From the NCBI GenBank assembly GCA_963730185.1, contig CAVSQW010000008.1, positions 96,001-160,000 on the forward strand: a stretch of DNA of 64,000 bases, read 5' to 3'. Below are positions 51,640 through 61,264 of the stretch, piece after piece (position 1 is the stretch's first letter; every line of letters begins with the position of its first letter). The notes under the pieces were generated by a model. It did not search any database. It saw only the letters and a list, made by a program, of their open reading frames with translations, and was not told the origin of the DNA. This DNA is from an uncultured Gemmatimonadales bacterium (lineage in GTDB: Bacteria; Gemmatimonadota; Gemmatimonadetes; Gemmatimonadales; GWC2-71-9). A program made the translations under genes and the position numbers.

Positions 51640-52990
51640 TCAGGGGAAAGGCCGGGGCCGCGGCGCCGGCCAGGGCCACGGATCCAGGCCCCGATGTCCC
51701 GCGATCCCCCGGATTGCCGCCTCACGCACCTTCGGATCTTTGGACTCGAGCAGCTCGGTGAGCCGGTCGGACCGCTCACCCGAGTGGATCAACGCCCGCA
51801 CTTCGGCCCGCCGGGCGTCCGAATCCTGCTCCCGCGCGAGCGCCGTCCGCAGGGCGGGGATCGCCGCCTCGTCGCCGATCTGGGAGAGCGCCCAGGCGGC
51901 GGTGAGCCGGAGATGGTCGTCGTCGGCCTTGCAGCGCGTCGATCAGCCCGCGAGGGGCTTCCTTGAGATCGAGCTGACCCAGGGCCCAGGCGGCCGTGGC
52001 CCGAACCGCCGGGCTCTGATCCGATTCGAGCAGCTGCCCGAGGCCGCCGGCCACGGAGCGATCGCCGTGCTGGCCGAGGGCCCAGACCGCGGTCTCGCGA
52101 ACGTCCTCGTCGCGATCGGTGCGGGCGGCGGTCAGGAGAGCGCTGCTCTCCCCCCGCGATCGCGAGTTGCCCAGCGCCCAGGCGCTCATCTCCCGGACGC
52201 CGGCGTCCTGGTCCTTCGCGAGCGTCTCCGCCAGATCGGGCACCGCCTCGGTCGTTCCCAGCTGGCCCAGGGCCCAGGCCGCGGTCCGGCGGACCGAGGC
52301 GACCGGGTCGTCGTGGAGGATCCGGACCAGCGCGGGGATCGCCCGGGTCGAGTCCAGATGGCCGAGCGCCCCGGCGGCGGCTTCCCGCACCAGGGGCGAC
52401 CGGTCGGCGAGCGCGCCGGTGACGGGTCGAAGGGCCCGGCCGTCACCGATCCTGCCTAACGCCCAGACCACGTTGGCCCGGGCCTCGACCGCGGCGTCGC
52501 GCACCGCCTCGATCAGCGCCTCCACCGCCCGTCTCGGCTCCGCCAGCCCGAGGCCAAGCGCGGCCACGCTCCGCAGAGACGAGTCGGGCGACGCCAACCG
52601 CTCGACCAGGCCGGTCGCCGCCTCGTCGTCGCCGGTTCGGGCCACCAGCCGCACCGCCAATTCGCGCGCGCAGGGATCGGGCGTTGCCAGCGACTGAAGC
52701 AGGAACCGCACTTCGTCGGGCGTGAGCGATTCGCGGCGGCCATGGCGGTCGCGCCCCGACGTCAACCGGGGGAGCGGCGTTGCCGGGGCATCGCCCCAGC
52801 CACCCCAACCGTAGTTGCCCACCGCCTGAGCGGCGAGGCCGCAAACGGCCGGCGGAGCGCCCCGGGCGGCGGCGATCAGGTCCCGGACGTCGACCGACGA
52901 GGCCGGAGCGGGGCTGGGGTTCGGCGCCGACGGCGTCTCGACCGCCAGCAGGGCGAGGGTGGTTACGGTGAATCCGATGAGGCGCAGCAT
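51640..52990 (-). CDS. exported HEAT-repeat protein (frameshift near 51925)
   Basis: Repeated VR..AAWALG units; shifted C-terminus ends DPWPWPAPRPRPFP* at 51640. Confidence 0.85.
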
Positions 52991-53013
52991 GAGGGCTCCC
53001 GGTTCGAAACGTT

Positions 53014-53031
53014 GTGCTGAAATTTCAACAT
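53014..53031. promoter_or_regulatory. candidate BlaI-type operator GTGCTGAAATTTCAACAT
   Basis: Near-copy of the palindromes upstream of the blaI-like gene. Confidence 0.7.
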
Positions 53032-53102
53032 ATCGAGATGGTCCGGTTCGGCGTCGCGCGACCCGAGCGGGCTACGCGACGTCGGGAGGACCGGTCAGCA
53101 AA

Positions 53103-55121
53103 TCAGGGAAACGGCCTGGGCTCCGGACGGGGCCACGGCCAGGGGCCCGTCCCGCCGCCGGCCAAGGCGGCCACCGCGGTCCGGCGGACCTCGGGGTTCG
53201 CCGAGGTCAAGAGGGTCTGGAGGGCCTCGATCGCCCCGTCGCCCATCGCGCCCAGGGCCCGGACCAGGCCCTGCTGCACGTCCGGGTCGGTCTCCCGCTT
53301 GAACGCGGTCGCGATCGCGGGGGCGGCGTCGGGGTCGCCGATCTGGTAGAGAGCCCAGGCGGCCGAGAGGCGCACGTTGGGGTTCGAATCCGCGAGGACC
53401 TCGACCAGCTCGGTCGGGGCCTGGTCCGGCTCGCACGACCCGATCGACCAGGCCGCCCTCGAGCGCACCTCGGCGTCGCCGTTGCCGAGCGCCGCGCGCA
53501 GGGCCACCACGGACGCCGGGTCACCGATCTCCCCGGCCGCCCAGACCGCGGTCCTCACCACCTCGGGGCTCCGGCTGTTGACGATGATCCCGGAGAGCGC
53601 GGTGGTGACGGCCGAGCCGGGCCGGGCGCCGGCGAGGGCCCAGACCGCCATCTCCCGGACCGCCAGGTCGCTGTCCTTGGTGGCGGCTTCGATCAAGGCG
53701 CCTTCGGCCACGGGGGCCTCGGCGTACCGGGCCAGTCCCCACGCGGCGACCCGTCGGACCTTGGCGTCGGCATCGCCGTGCAGGGTGCGGGCGAGCGCCT
53801 CGGCCCGGTCGTCCAGCGGCCGCGGGTTACCGGACCCGTCGGTGGCCGGCAGCGTCCGATCGGCCGGCTGGGAGGCGTGCTCGGGCTGGGCCGGCGGCTC
53901 CGCTGCCCGCCGGTCTATCCGAGGCGCCACCGGCGCCGCGACGGATTGCCGGGTGGCGACGTCGGCCGAGTCGTGGAAGGTGGCGGGGGCTTCCACGACC
54001 GGGTTGGGACGGGGCGACCCGGCGGTCTTCGACACCCGGGCCACGGGCGCGGCCGCGCCGAGGAGGAGGGCCAGCCCGGCCACCGAGCCGACCAGCGAGG
54101 CCGTCTCCAGTTTGCCGGGGCCGCGCCGGCGGAGCTCCGGATTCAAAATGGCGAGCATCCGTCCCTCGAATTCCTTTCGGTGGGCCATCGCGAGCGCGGT
54201 CGCCGGAGTCCGGTGATCGCGGACGCAGGTCACGATGTCCAGCAAGTGCTCGGCGTAGTCGCTGGGACGGGCGCCGAAGACCAGGGCGAGATCGTCGCAG
54301 GCCCGCTCGCTCTCCGAGCGGAGCCGGCGGGCGGCGGTCCAGACCAGCGGGTGGAACCAGTAGAAGGCGCAGGCAATCCGGCTCAAGGTGTGACCGACCA
54401 AGTCGCGGCGGCGGACGTGGCCCAGCTCATGGATCAGGACGGCGCTCCGCCGGTCGGCGCTCCAACCCTCGCTGTCGGCCGGCAGCACCACCTTGGGCGA
54501 GAAGAACCCGGCCGCGAAGGGCATCCGAACCTCGTCGCTCTGGAGCAGGGCGGGTGCGGTGTCGAGGCCGAGCCGGTCGGCGATCTCGTACAGCGGGGTC
54601 TGCCAGGCGGGCTCCTCGAGGCGTCGGGCCCGGCGGACGATCCGGCGGACCGACCACGCGCCGTACCCCAGCCGGCCGATCAAGGCGATCGCGATCAGCG
54701 CCCAACCCGCGAGCAGCAGGCGGCCGAGATCCCACGAAGCGGCCGGGCCGGCGGGGACGGCCGCCGCCGAACCGGTCCAGGCGGCGGCGGTCGGCTCCGC
54801 CGGGAGGTTCGTCCGCCCCTCGGCCGGCGCCGGCAGGCGGGAGCCGACCGACGCCTCGCTGGTAACCGCGACCAGCCGCTCCGGCAGGATCCCGAGCTTC
54901 AGCGGACTCCAGGCCGCGAGGGCCGGCAACGCCAGCAACGCGGTCAGGGCCACCAGCCAGACGAGGTGACGGGAGCCGGCCGGGGCCCGCTGCATGATCC
55001 GGGTCGCGGCCAGCGCCGCCACCAGGAGGAAGGTGATCTTGAGCAACAGGGCCAGCGCGGCCAGCGCGCCCGGGAAGGCGGTGAACACGGGCGCCAGCGG
55101 CTCGATGAGTGGGGTGAGCAT
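53103..55121 (-). CDS. M56 (BlaR1/MecR1-type) metallopeptidase with C-terminal HEAT repeats
   Basis: HELGH, YWFHPLVW, ERACDD; HEAT repeats in place of a penicillin-binding sensor. Confidence 0.9.
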   Translation of the reverse strand: MLTPLIEPLAPVFTAFPGALAALALLLKITFLLVAALAATRIMQRAPAGSRHLVWLVALTALLALPALAAWSPLKLGILPERLVAVTSEASVGSRLPAPAEGRTNLPAEPTAAAWTGSAAAVPAGPAASWDLGRLLLAGWALIAIALIGRLGYGAWSVRRIVRRARRLEEPAWQTPLYEIADRLGLDTAPALLQSDEVRMPFAAGFFSPKVVLPADSEGWSADRRSAVLIHELGHVRRRDLVGHTLSRIACAFYWFHPLVWTAARRLRSESERACDDLALVFGARPSDYAEHLLDIVTCVRDHRTPATALAMAHRKEFEGRMLAILNPELRRRGPGKLETASLVGSVAGLALLLGAAAPVARVSKTAGSPRPNPVVEAPATFHDSADVATRQSVAAPVAPRIDRRAAEPPAQPEHASQPADRTLPATDGSGNPRPLDDRAEALARTLHGDADAKVRRVAAWGLARYAEAPVAEGALIEAATKDSDLAVREMAVWALAGARPGSAVTTALSGIIVNSRSPEVVRTAVWAAGEIGDPASVVALRAALGNGDAEVRSRAAWSIGSCEPDQAPTELVEVLADSNPNVRLSAAWALYQIGDPDAAPAIATAFKRETDPDVQQGLVRALGAMGDGAIEALQTLLTSANPEVRRTAVAALAGGGTGPWPWPRPEPRPFP

Positions 55122-55130
55122 GTCGGCCTC

Positions 55131-55526
55131 CTAGCGTCCGCTGAGGCGGGCGTCGCGGATCTTCTCGCGGAGCCGCGCCAGCTCGGCGTTGTCGACGTCG
55201 ACCTCGGACAGGCGGAGCAGGGCGGTGACGGCCTGCTCCGTGGACCCGGCGAAGTAGGTCTGGACCACGTGGGCCAGCACGTCGTCGCCGGCCTTGTCGG
55301 TCGGCTTGGCCGGGAAGTAGACGTAGCGCGGGCCGTCCTCCTTGTGAGCGATCAGCTGCTTCTCGCCCAGGATCCGGAGGATCGATCGGACCGCTGAGTA
55401 GGTCGGCGGATCGGGGAGCGCCGTCATGATCTCGGCCACGGTCGACTCACCCTGGCGGTGGAGGATCTCCATCACCTGCCGCTCGCGGCGGCTCAGGTCC
55501 TCGGTGGGGGGGCGGCGTTTGGTCAT
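55131..55526 (-). CDS. BlaI/MecI/CopY family repressor
   Basis: LSRRERQVMEIL, PTYSAVRSILRIL, YFAGS. Confidence 0.92.
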   Translation of the reverse strand: MTKRRPPTEDLSRRERQVMEILHRQGESTVAEIMTALPDPPTYSAVRSILRILGEKQLIAHKEDGPRYVYFPAKPTDKAGDDVLAHVVQTYFAGSTEQAVTALLRLSEVDVDNAELARLREKIRDARLSGR

Positions 55527-55564
55527 GGCGCGGTTCCTGGCTCCCGATCCGGTGAATCCAGCAT

Positions 55565-55599
55565 GTGCTGAAATGTCAGCACTGCTGATAATTCAACAC
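55565..55599. promoter_or_regulatory. tandem candidate BlaI-type operators
   Basis: Perfect GTGCTGA-AATG-TCAGCAC (55565-55582) followed by CTGCTGATAATTCAACAC (55582-55599). Confidence 0.75.
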
Positions 55600-55636
55600 C
55601 GGGCCGGGATTGTCAAGACCCCGTGGGCCCCGCGCC

Positions 55637-57184
55637 TCAGGCCAGGGAGTAGAAGAAGTCGACGTACGACTGCACCGCGCCGTCGAGCCCGGCGACCTTG
55701 GGGTGGGACGACTCGATCACGTAGTACTCGTCCGGGGCATGGGCGCCGCCCCCGTGCCCGAGGCCGAACTGGCCGGCCGGCAGGTGGAGCGGCGCCCCGG
55801 TGAAGGTCACCCCGGGCCAGGAGCCGGCCAGCCGGGGCCAGAGGAGCGGGTCGACCCCCGACTTCCGGTAGGTCGCGGCCATGGCGGCGACCAGCTTCGA
55901 GTCGGGATCGGTCTGGGTGGGGTCGTACCCGCCGGACATGTTCACCTCGATGTCGCCGAACCCGTGTTTGGCGAGATGGGCTCTCAGGAGCTCGAGGGTG
56001 CCCTTGGCGGTCATGTCGGGGACGAGCCGCATGTCGATCTTGGCGACCGCGCGGTGGGGCAGGATGGTCTTGCCGCCGGGGCCGGTGTAGCCGCCGACCA
56101 GGCCCTCGATGTTGATGGTGGGCTGGGTGACGAGCCGGACCTGGGAATCGTGCCAGGACTCGTCGCCAAACCAGCGCTCCACGCCTAACGCCTTCTGGGC
56201 GTTGGCTTCGCTCTTCTTGAGGATCGAGGCCTCGAGGATCTGCCGCTGGCGGGCGCTGAGCGGCTTGACCTGGTCGAAGAATCCCTCGACGGCGGGGGTG
56301 TGTCCGTCGGTTTTGACGAGGGTGTTCAGCGCCTGCACCAGGTGCCAGACCGGGCTGTCGATCGAGGCCTCGTAGCTCGAATGGACGTCGAGCTTGGGGC
56401 CGCGGCCCCACCGCTCCCCGGTGGACACCAGCTCCAGCTCCACCACGCCCTTGGCGCCGAGGTTGAGCTCGACCGAGCCGTCGGGCGACTGGGAGCCGAG
56501 GGGGATGATGATGCCGACCGACTTCCGGAGGGCGGCCTCGACCTCGGGCTGGAAGACGATCTGGCGGAAGTTGGGCGAGCCGATCTCCTCTTCGCCCTCC
56601 ACGACCATGACGAGGTTGACGGGGAGCTTCTTGCCGGCGGCCTTGAAGGCGTGCATGGCCGCCAGGAAGGCGGTCTGCGGTCCCTTGGTGTTGGTCGCGC
56701 CCCGCCCGACGATCACCTTGCCGAACCCGGGCTTGTCGACCAGCCGTCCCTCGAGCGGCGGCGAGCTCCACTCCGATGGATCGTACTGCTTCACGTCGTA
56801 CATGAAGTAGACGGCCAGCGTGCTCGCGGCGCCGGCATCGAGGGTGGCGAAGACGCCGGGCTTGCCGGCGGTGGGGACCAGGGCGACGTGGTCGAAGCCG
56901 GCGTCCCGCGCCAGCTGAGCCATGTACTCGGCCCCCTGGGGGTAGTTCCGGTTCTCGGCGGCGATCGACGGCAGCGCGATCCAGTCCTGGAGCCGCTTGA
57001 CCGTGAGGTCGTGCCGCTTGGCGATCTGGGCGACGACCGCGTCCCGGTCGGGGCCCTGGAGCGCGAAGGCGGCCCGATCACCGAGGGCGAGGGCGGCCGC
57101 TCCGGCGGCGGCGCCCTGGAGGAAGGTCCGCCGCTCGATCTCGCGCGCGGCGGGGACGTGCGGCTCGTTCGGGTCCGGCTTCAC
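55637..57184 (-). CDS. M20/M25/M40 family metallo-hydrolase with Tat signal
   Basis: ERRTFLQG Tat motif; GRGATNTKG, EGEEEIGS, AHAPDE. Confidence 0.9.
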   Translation of the reverse strand: MKPDPNEPHVPAAREIERRTFLQGAAAGAAALALGDRAAFALQGPDRDAVVAQIAKRHDLTVKRLQDWIALPSIAAENRNYPQGAEYMAQLARDAGFDHVALVPTAGKPGVFATLDAGAASTLAVYFMYDVKQYDPSEWSSPPLEGRLVDKPGFGKVIVGRGATNTKGPQTAFLAAMHAFKAAGKKLPVNLVMVVEGEEEIGSPNFRQIVFQPEVEAALRKSVGIIIPLGSQSPDGSVELNLGAKGVVELELVSTGERWGRGPKLDVHSSYEASIDSPVWHLVQALNTLVKTDGHTPAVEGFFDQVKPLSARQRQILEASILKKSEANAQKALGVERWFGDESWHDSQVRLVTQPTINIEGLVGGYTGPGGKTILPHRAVAKIDMRLVPDMTAKGTLELLRAHLAKHGFGDIEVNMSGGYDPTQTDPDSKLVAAMAATYRKSGVDPLLWPRLAGSWPGVTFTGAPLHLPAGQFGLGHGGGAHAPDEYYVIESSHPKVAGLDGAVQSYVDFFYSLA

Positions 57185-57285
57185 GGGCGCCTCCGAGGAC
57201 TCTGGGTTGTGGGTCTGAGCGCAGTCCCGGCTCGGGCTGCTCACCAAAGGTACGGCCCGGCACACCAGCCTGGAAGCAGGCGCGT

Positions 57286-57660
57286 CTACCGGCGATCGGC
57301 CGGCGGCGCGAGCATCTCCTCGAGGGCGGCGAGTCGGAGCTGGATCTCACCCAGCGTGGCGGTCCGCATCCGGAGGAAGATGCCGACCGTGCCGAGCGTC
57401 GCGACCAAGAGGGCGACGACGCCCAGGACGACGACCAGCGGCAGGGCCGCGCCGGCCACGCTCAGCCAGGGGGCCGCGCCCACCGCGGCCAATCGAACGG
57501 TGTCCGCCACCGACAGACCGACGACCAGGCCCAAGACCAGGACCAGCCCAAGGGTGATCGTCCAGGCGGTGACGGTGATTCGCCGGAGGGTCCGGTCCCG
57601 CCGCTTGTCCGCGTCGATGGCGGCCCACACCTTGGTGGCTCCTTCGTGATGCTGGGTCAT
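57286..57660 (-). CDS. two-TM membrane protein, probable anti-sigma partner
   Basis: ATGA-coupled to the ECF sigma gene; two hydrophobic helices. Confidence 0.7.
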   Translation of the reverse strand: MTQHHEGATKVWAAIDADKRRDRTLRRITVTAWTITLGLVLVLGLVVGLSVADTVRLAAVGAAPWLSVAGAALPLVVVLGVVALLVATLGTVGIFLRMRTATLGEIQLRLAALEEMLAPPADRR

Positions 57661-58208
57661 GAACGTTCTCCCGTGAGGATCTCGCGTAGGTGTTGCTTGG
57701 CGTGATGGATTCGGGTCTTGACGGTGCCGACCGGACGGCCGACGACCAGCGCGATCTCGGCGAGGCTCAGGTCGTCCCGGTAGCGGAGCAGCAGGACCTC
57801 GCGATGGATCGGGGCGAGTCGGGCGAGCATCGAGTCGAGCCGGTCCAGGTCGGCGGAATCGTCGTCCTGGTCGGCCTCGATCGGCAGCTCCACCGCGGCG
57901 TCCGCGAGCAGCTCCTGCTCTCGCCGGCGCCGGCGGAGCCGATCGATGGCTCGGCGCCGGGTGGTGCTGAAGAGCCAGGTGCGGAAGGCCCGGGGATTGG
58001 CCAGCGTCGCGACGGCCCGGTAGACCGTCAGCCACACCTCCTGCTGCACGTCCTCGGCGTCGTCGCCCACCAGGCCGGTCAGATAGCGGAGGGTGCGGGG
58101 CCCGAACGCCTCGAACAGCCGGCCGAACGCGGCCTCGTCGCCCGCCTGGCACCGGAGCACCAGCAGAGAGAGGCCGAGGTCGTTGGGCGGCGTGGCGCCG
58201 GGGGTCAT
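57657..58208 (-). CDS. ECF sigma-70 factor
   Basis: AEDVQQEVW, FRTWL, LSLAEIA..GTVKTRIH. Confidence 0.9.
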   Translation of the reverse strand: MTPGATPPNDLGLSLLVLRCQAGDEAAFGRLFEAFGPRTLRYLTGLVGDDAEDVQQEVWLTVYRAVATLANPRAFRTWLFSTTRRRAIDRLRRRRREQELLADAAVELPIEADQDDDSADLDRLDSMLARLAPIHREVLLLRYRDDLSLAEIALVVGRPVGTVKTRIHHAKQHLREILTGERS

Positions 58209-58352
58209 GGTGGCTCCGCATGCGATGTCCCGAGGTCGTACCGAGCTAGTGACGACCGGGCGGGCCGAAAGGTTCACGGCCCCGGCCCGTCGGCTGGCGC
58301 CCGCTCGCCCGACGGTCCATTATTCCGGGGCAATACCTCTCGCGAGTCGCCC

Positions 58353-60731
58353 CTGCCAGCAGACTGGTTGTCCTCCCTCGTCACCGCCCTCGCCGACCGG
58401 TTCACTTTCGTTCGTGAGCTGGGCCAGGGAGGCATGGCGACGGTGTACCTCGCGGAAGACAGGAAGCTCAATCGGCCAGTGGCCGTCAAGTTGCTGCGGC
58501 CCGAGATCGCCGCCGCGCTCGGGGCCCGCCGGTTCCTGCAGGAGATCGAGATCGCCGCCCGGCTCTCCCACCCGCACATCCTGCCGCTGCACGACTCCGG
58601 GGAAGCCGGCGGGACGCTCTACTACGTGATGCCGTACGTCGAAGGGGAGACTTTGCGCCAGCGGCTCGATCGTGAAGGGCCCTTGCCCATCGAGGTCGCC
58701 TTGGCGATCACCGGCGAAGTGGCGAGCGCCCTCGACTATGCCCATGGTCGCGGGGTCGTGCACCGGGACATCAAGCCGGAGAACATCCTGCTTCAGACCG
58801 GCCAGGCCGTGGTGGGCGACTTCGGGGTGGCCCGGGCCATCGACGCCGCGGCGACCGACACCGCCCGCGGGCCGGCGATCACGGACGCGGGCGTGATGGT
58901 CGGCACCCCGCTCTACATGAGTCCCGAGCAGATCACCGGCGACCCGGTCGACGCCCGCTCCGACGTCTACGCGCTCGGCTGCGTGCTCTACGAGATGCTC
59001 GCGGGCGAGCCTCCCTACACCGGCCCGACCGCCGCGGCGGTCCTGGCTCGCCACACGCTGGCGCCGGCCCCGCCGGTGCGCGCCGTCCGGCCGGAGGTGT
59101 CCGAGGGTCTCGAGCGGGCGGTGACCCGAGCCCTTGCCAAGACCCCGGCCGACCGGTTCGCCTCGGCGAGCGAGTTTCGAGCGGCGCTCACCGAGCCGGC
59201 CGCCCCGCGACGACGGGCCGGACCCTGGCGACTCGGGCGCCTGGCCGGGGTCGCGGTGGGCGTCGCGGCGGTGCTGGCCGCGGGGTGGGGAATCTGGCGA
59301 GCCGTTCGGCCCCCCGGCCCGGAGGTGCCGCCGTCGCTGGCGGTGCTGCCGTTCCTGAGCCTGAGCGCGAGTCCCGACGACCAATACCTGGCCGATGCGT
59401 TCACCGATGAGGTCATCAACGCACTGGCCAGGGTCCCGGGTGTCCGGGTGCTGGGGCGGACCTCGACCTTCGCCCTCCAGGGCACCCGCCTCGACAGCAA
59501 GACGCTCGGGGCGCGGCTCGGCGCCAAGATGCTGCTGGAGAGCTCGGTGCAACGGGCGGGGCCCGACCTCCGGGTGGCGACCCAGCTGGTCGACGCGGCC
59601 AGCGGCGTCGCGGTGTGGTCCGACACCTATCGCCGCCAGGCGAAGGACCTGATCGGGGTCGAGGACGAGATCTCTCGCGCGATCGTGGGAGCCCTGCGAG
59701 TCCGGCTGGCTGGCAACGAGGGACCGTTGGTCCAGCGGGGCACGGGCAGCGCCGAGGCCTACGACCTCTACCTCAAGGGCCGTTACTTCGTGAACCGGCG
59801 TGGCACCGGACGGGCCACTCTGGTTCGGGCCATCGATTTCTACCGGCAGGCGTTGCGGGTCGATTCGACCTACGCCCGGGCCTGGGCGGGTCTGGCCGAG
59901 GCCTACGGGTTCCTGGCCGGGTTCGGTGACACGCCGCCGGCCGACGCCTTCGGGCAGGCCAAGGCGGCCGCGGTCCGCGCCGCGGCCCTGGACAGCAATC
60001 TCGCGCTAGCCCACACCTCCCTCGGCTTCATCGCCATCTTCCACGACTGGGACTGGGACGCCGCCGGACGGGAGCTCGACCGGGCGATCGCGCTCGACTC
60101 GACCGAGCCCACGACCCACCTGTATCGAGCCTGGTACCTCCGGTGCCAGGGTCGCCTGGAGGAAGCCGTGGCCGAGATGCGGACGGCCCAGCGCCTCGAT
60201 CCCCTGAACCGGATCTTCAACGCCCGGGTCGGGACCCTGCTCGAGACGGTGGGGCGATATCGGGAGGCCGAAGCCGAGCTCCGGCAGGCCATCGATCTCG
60301 ACCCCGACAACGACCAGGCGAAGTCCGACCTGGTCGTCACCTTGGTCCTGGAGGGGCGCTACCAAGAGGCCATCGACGCCTCGCCGGCCGACACGACCGA
60401 CGCCATTCCCTTCACCCTGAGCGGCGGCCTGGGGTACGCGTATGCCAGGGCCGGTCGGCGCGAGGATGCGCTTCGGATCCTGCACCGGCTGGAACGCCGC
60501 CGGGCCCGGGAACGCTACATCACGCCCGAAGCCATCGCGATGATCGACGTCGGCCTGGGAGACACCGCCCAGGCGCTCGACTGGCTCGAACAGGGATATC
60601 GCGAGCGATCGTTCTATCTCTGGGTGATCGGGGCCGACCCCGTCTTCTATCCGCTCCGGAGCGATCCGCGCTTTCAGAAGATCGTCGCCGAGGTCGGGAT
60701 TGCGCTGTCCCCGATCTTCCGCCCCACCTGA
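58353..60731 (+). CDS. Ser/Thr kinase + TM + TolB-N-like + TPR protein
   Basis: GQGGMA, HRDIKPEN, DFG, SLAVLPF, AYDLYLKG, LRSDPRF. No ATG seen; CTG 58353 or TTG 58368 are possible starts. Confidence 0.9.
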   Translation: MPADWLSSLVTALADRFTFVRELGQGGMATVYLAEDRKLNRPVAVKLLRPEIAAALGARRFLQEIEIAARLSHPHILPLHDSGEAGGTLYYVMPYVEGETLRQRLDREGPLPIEVALAITGEVASALDYAHGRGVVHRDIKPENILLQTGQAVVGDFGVARAIDAAATDTARGPAITDAGVMVGTPLYMSPEQITGDPVDARSDVYALGCVLYEMLAGEPPYTGPTAAAVLARHTLAPAPPVRAVRPEVSEGLERAVTRALAKTPADRFASASEFRAALTEPAAPRRRAGPWRLGRLAGVAVGVAAVLAAGWGIWRAVRPPGPEVPPSLAVLPFLSLSASPDDQYLADAFTDEVINALARVPGVRVLGRTSTFALQGTRLDSKTLGARLGAKMLLESSVQRAGPDLRVATQLVDAASGVAVWSDTYRRQAKDLIGVEDEISRAIVGALRVRLAGNEGPLVQRGTGSAEAYDLYLKGRYFVNRRGTGRATLVRAIDFYRQALRVDSTYARAWAGLAEAYGFLAGFGDTPPADAFGQAKAAAVRAAALDSNLALAHTSLGFIAIFHDWDWDAAGRELDRAIALDSTEPTTHLYRAWYLRCQGRLEEAVAEMRTAQRLDPLNRIFNARVGTLLETVGRYREAEAELRQAIDLDPDNDQAKSDLVVTLVLEGRYQEAIDASPADTTDAIPFTLSGGLGYAYARAGRREDALRILHRLERRRARERYITPEAIAMIDVGLGDTAQALDWLEQGYRERSFYLWVIGADPVFYPLRSDPRFQKIVAEVGIALSPIFRPT

Positions 60732-60741
60732 GCGGTCGAGC

Positions 60742-61242
60742 CTACCGAAACACCAATCCGACGTGCAGGCCGTACATTCCGGCGGGGTCCCGGTAGAGGG
60801 CGACGGTCTCGAGCAGGGTCGCCGTGACCTGGAGCGTGGCGCTCGGGGAGAGCGGCTTCTCGAAGCCCAGGACCGGGCCGCCCAGGAGGCCGATGAACGG
60901 ATCGTCGCCGCCCCGGTCGCCGCCGCCGAAGACGCCGGCCCGGAGCCCCGCGAGCGGACGGAGCGCGGGAGTGTTCCAGACCCTCTTGGCCTCGAGATAG
61001 AGCGATCCGTGGTTGGGGATCCCGGGGTAGGTCACGTAGCGGAAGCCGACACCCAGACCGAATCCGCCCCGGGAACGCCACTCGGGCTGGACCTCGAACC
61101 CGATCCCGACCGGTCTCCTTGGCGCCACCTCGGCCAGCGACGAGACCAGGCCGGCGCCGAACGTGACCCGGAACCCGGCCGGCTTGCCCTGGGCGTGGAC
61201 CGACCCGGCGACGCCGAACGCCAGGGTCGCCGCCAGCGCCAC
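60742..61242 (-). CDS. hypothetical exported beta-strand-rich (outer-membrane-like) protein
   Basis: Signal peptide, alternating hydrophobic strands, C-terminal GLHVGLVFR. Confidence 0.6.
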   Translation of the reverse strand: MALAATLAFGVAGSVHAQGKPAGFRVTFGAGLVSSLAEVAPRRPVGIGFEVQPEWRSRGGFGLGVGFRYVTYPGIPNHGSLYLEAKRVWNTPALRPLAGLRAGVFGGGDRGGDDPFIGLLGGPVLGFEKPLSPSATLQVTATLLETVALYRDPAGMYGLHVGLVFR

Positions 61243-61264
61243 CCGCGGAAGATCGTCCTCAATA

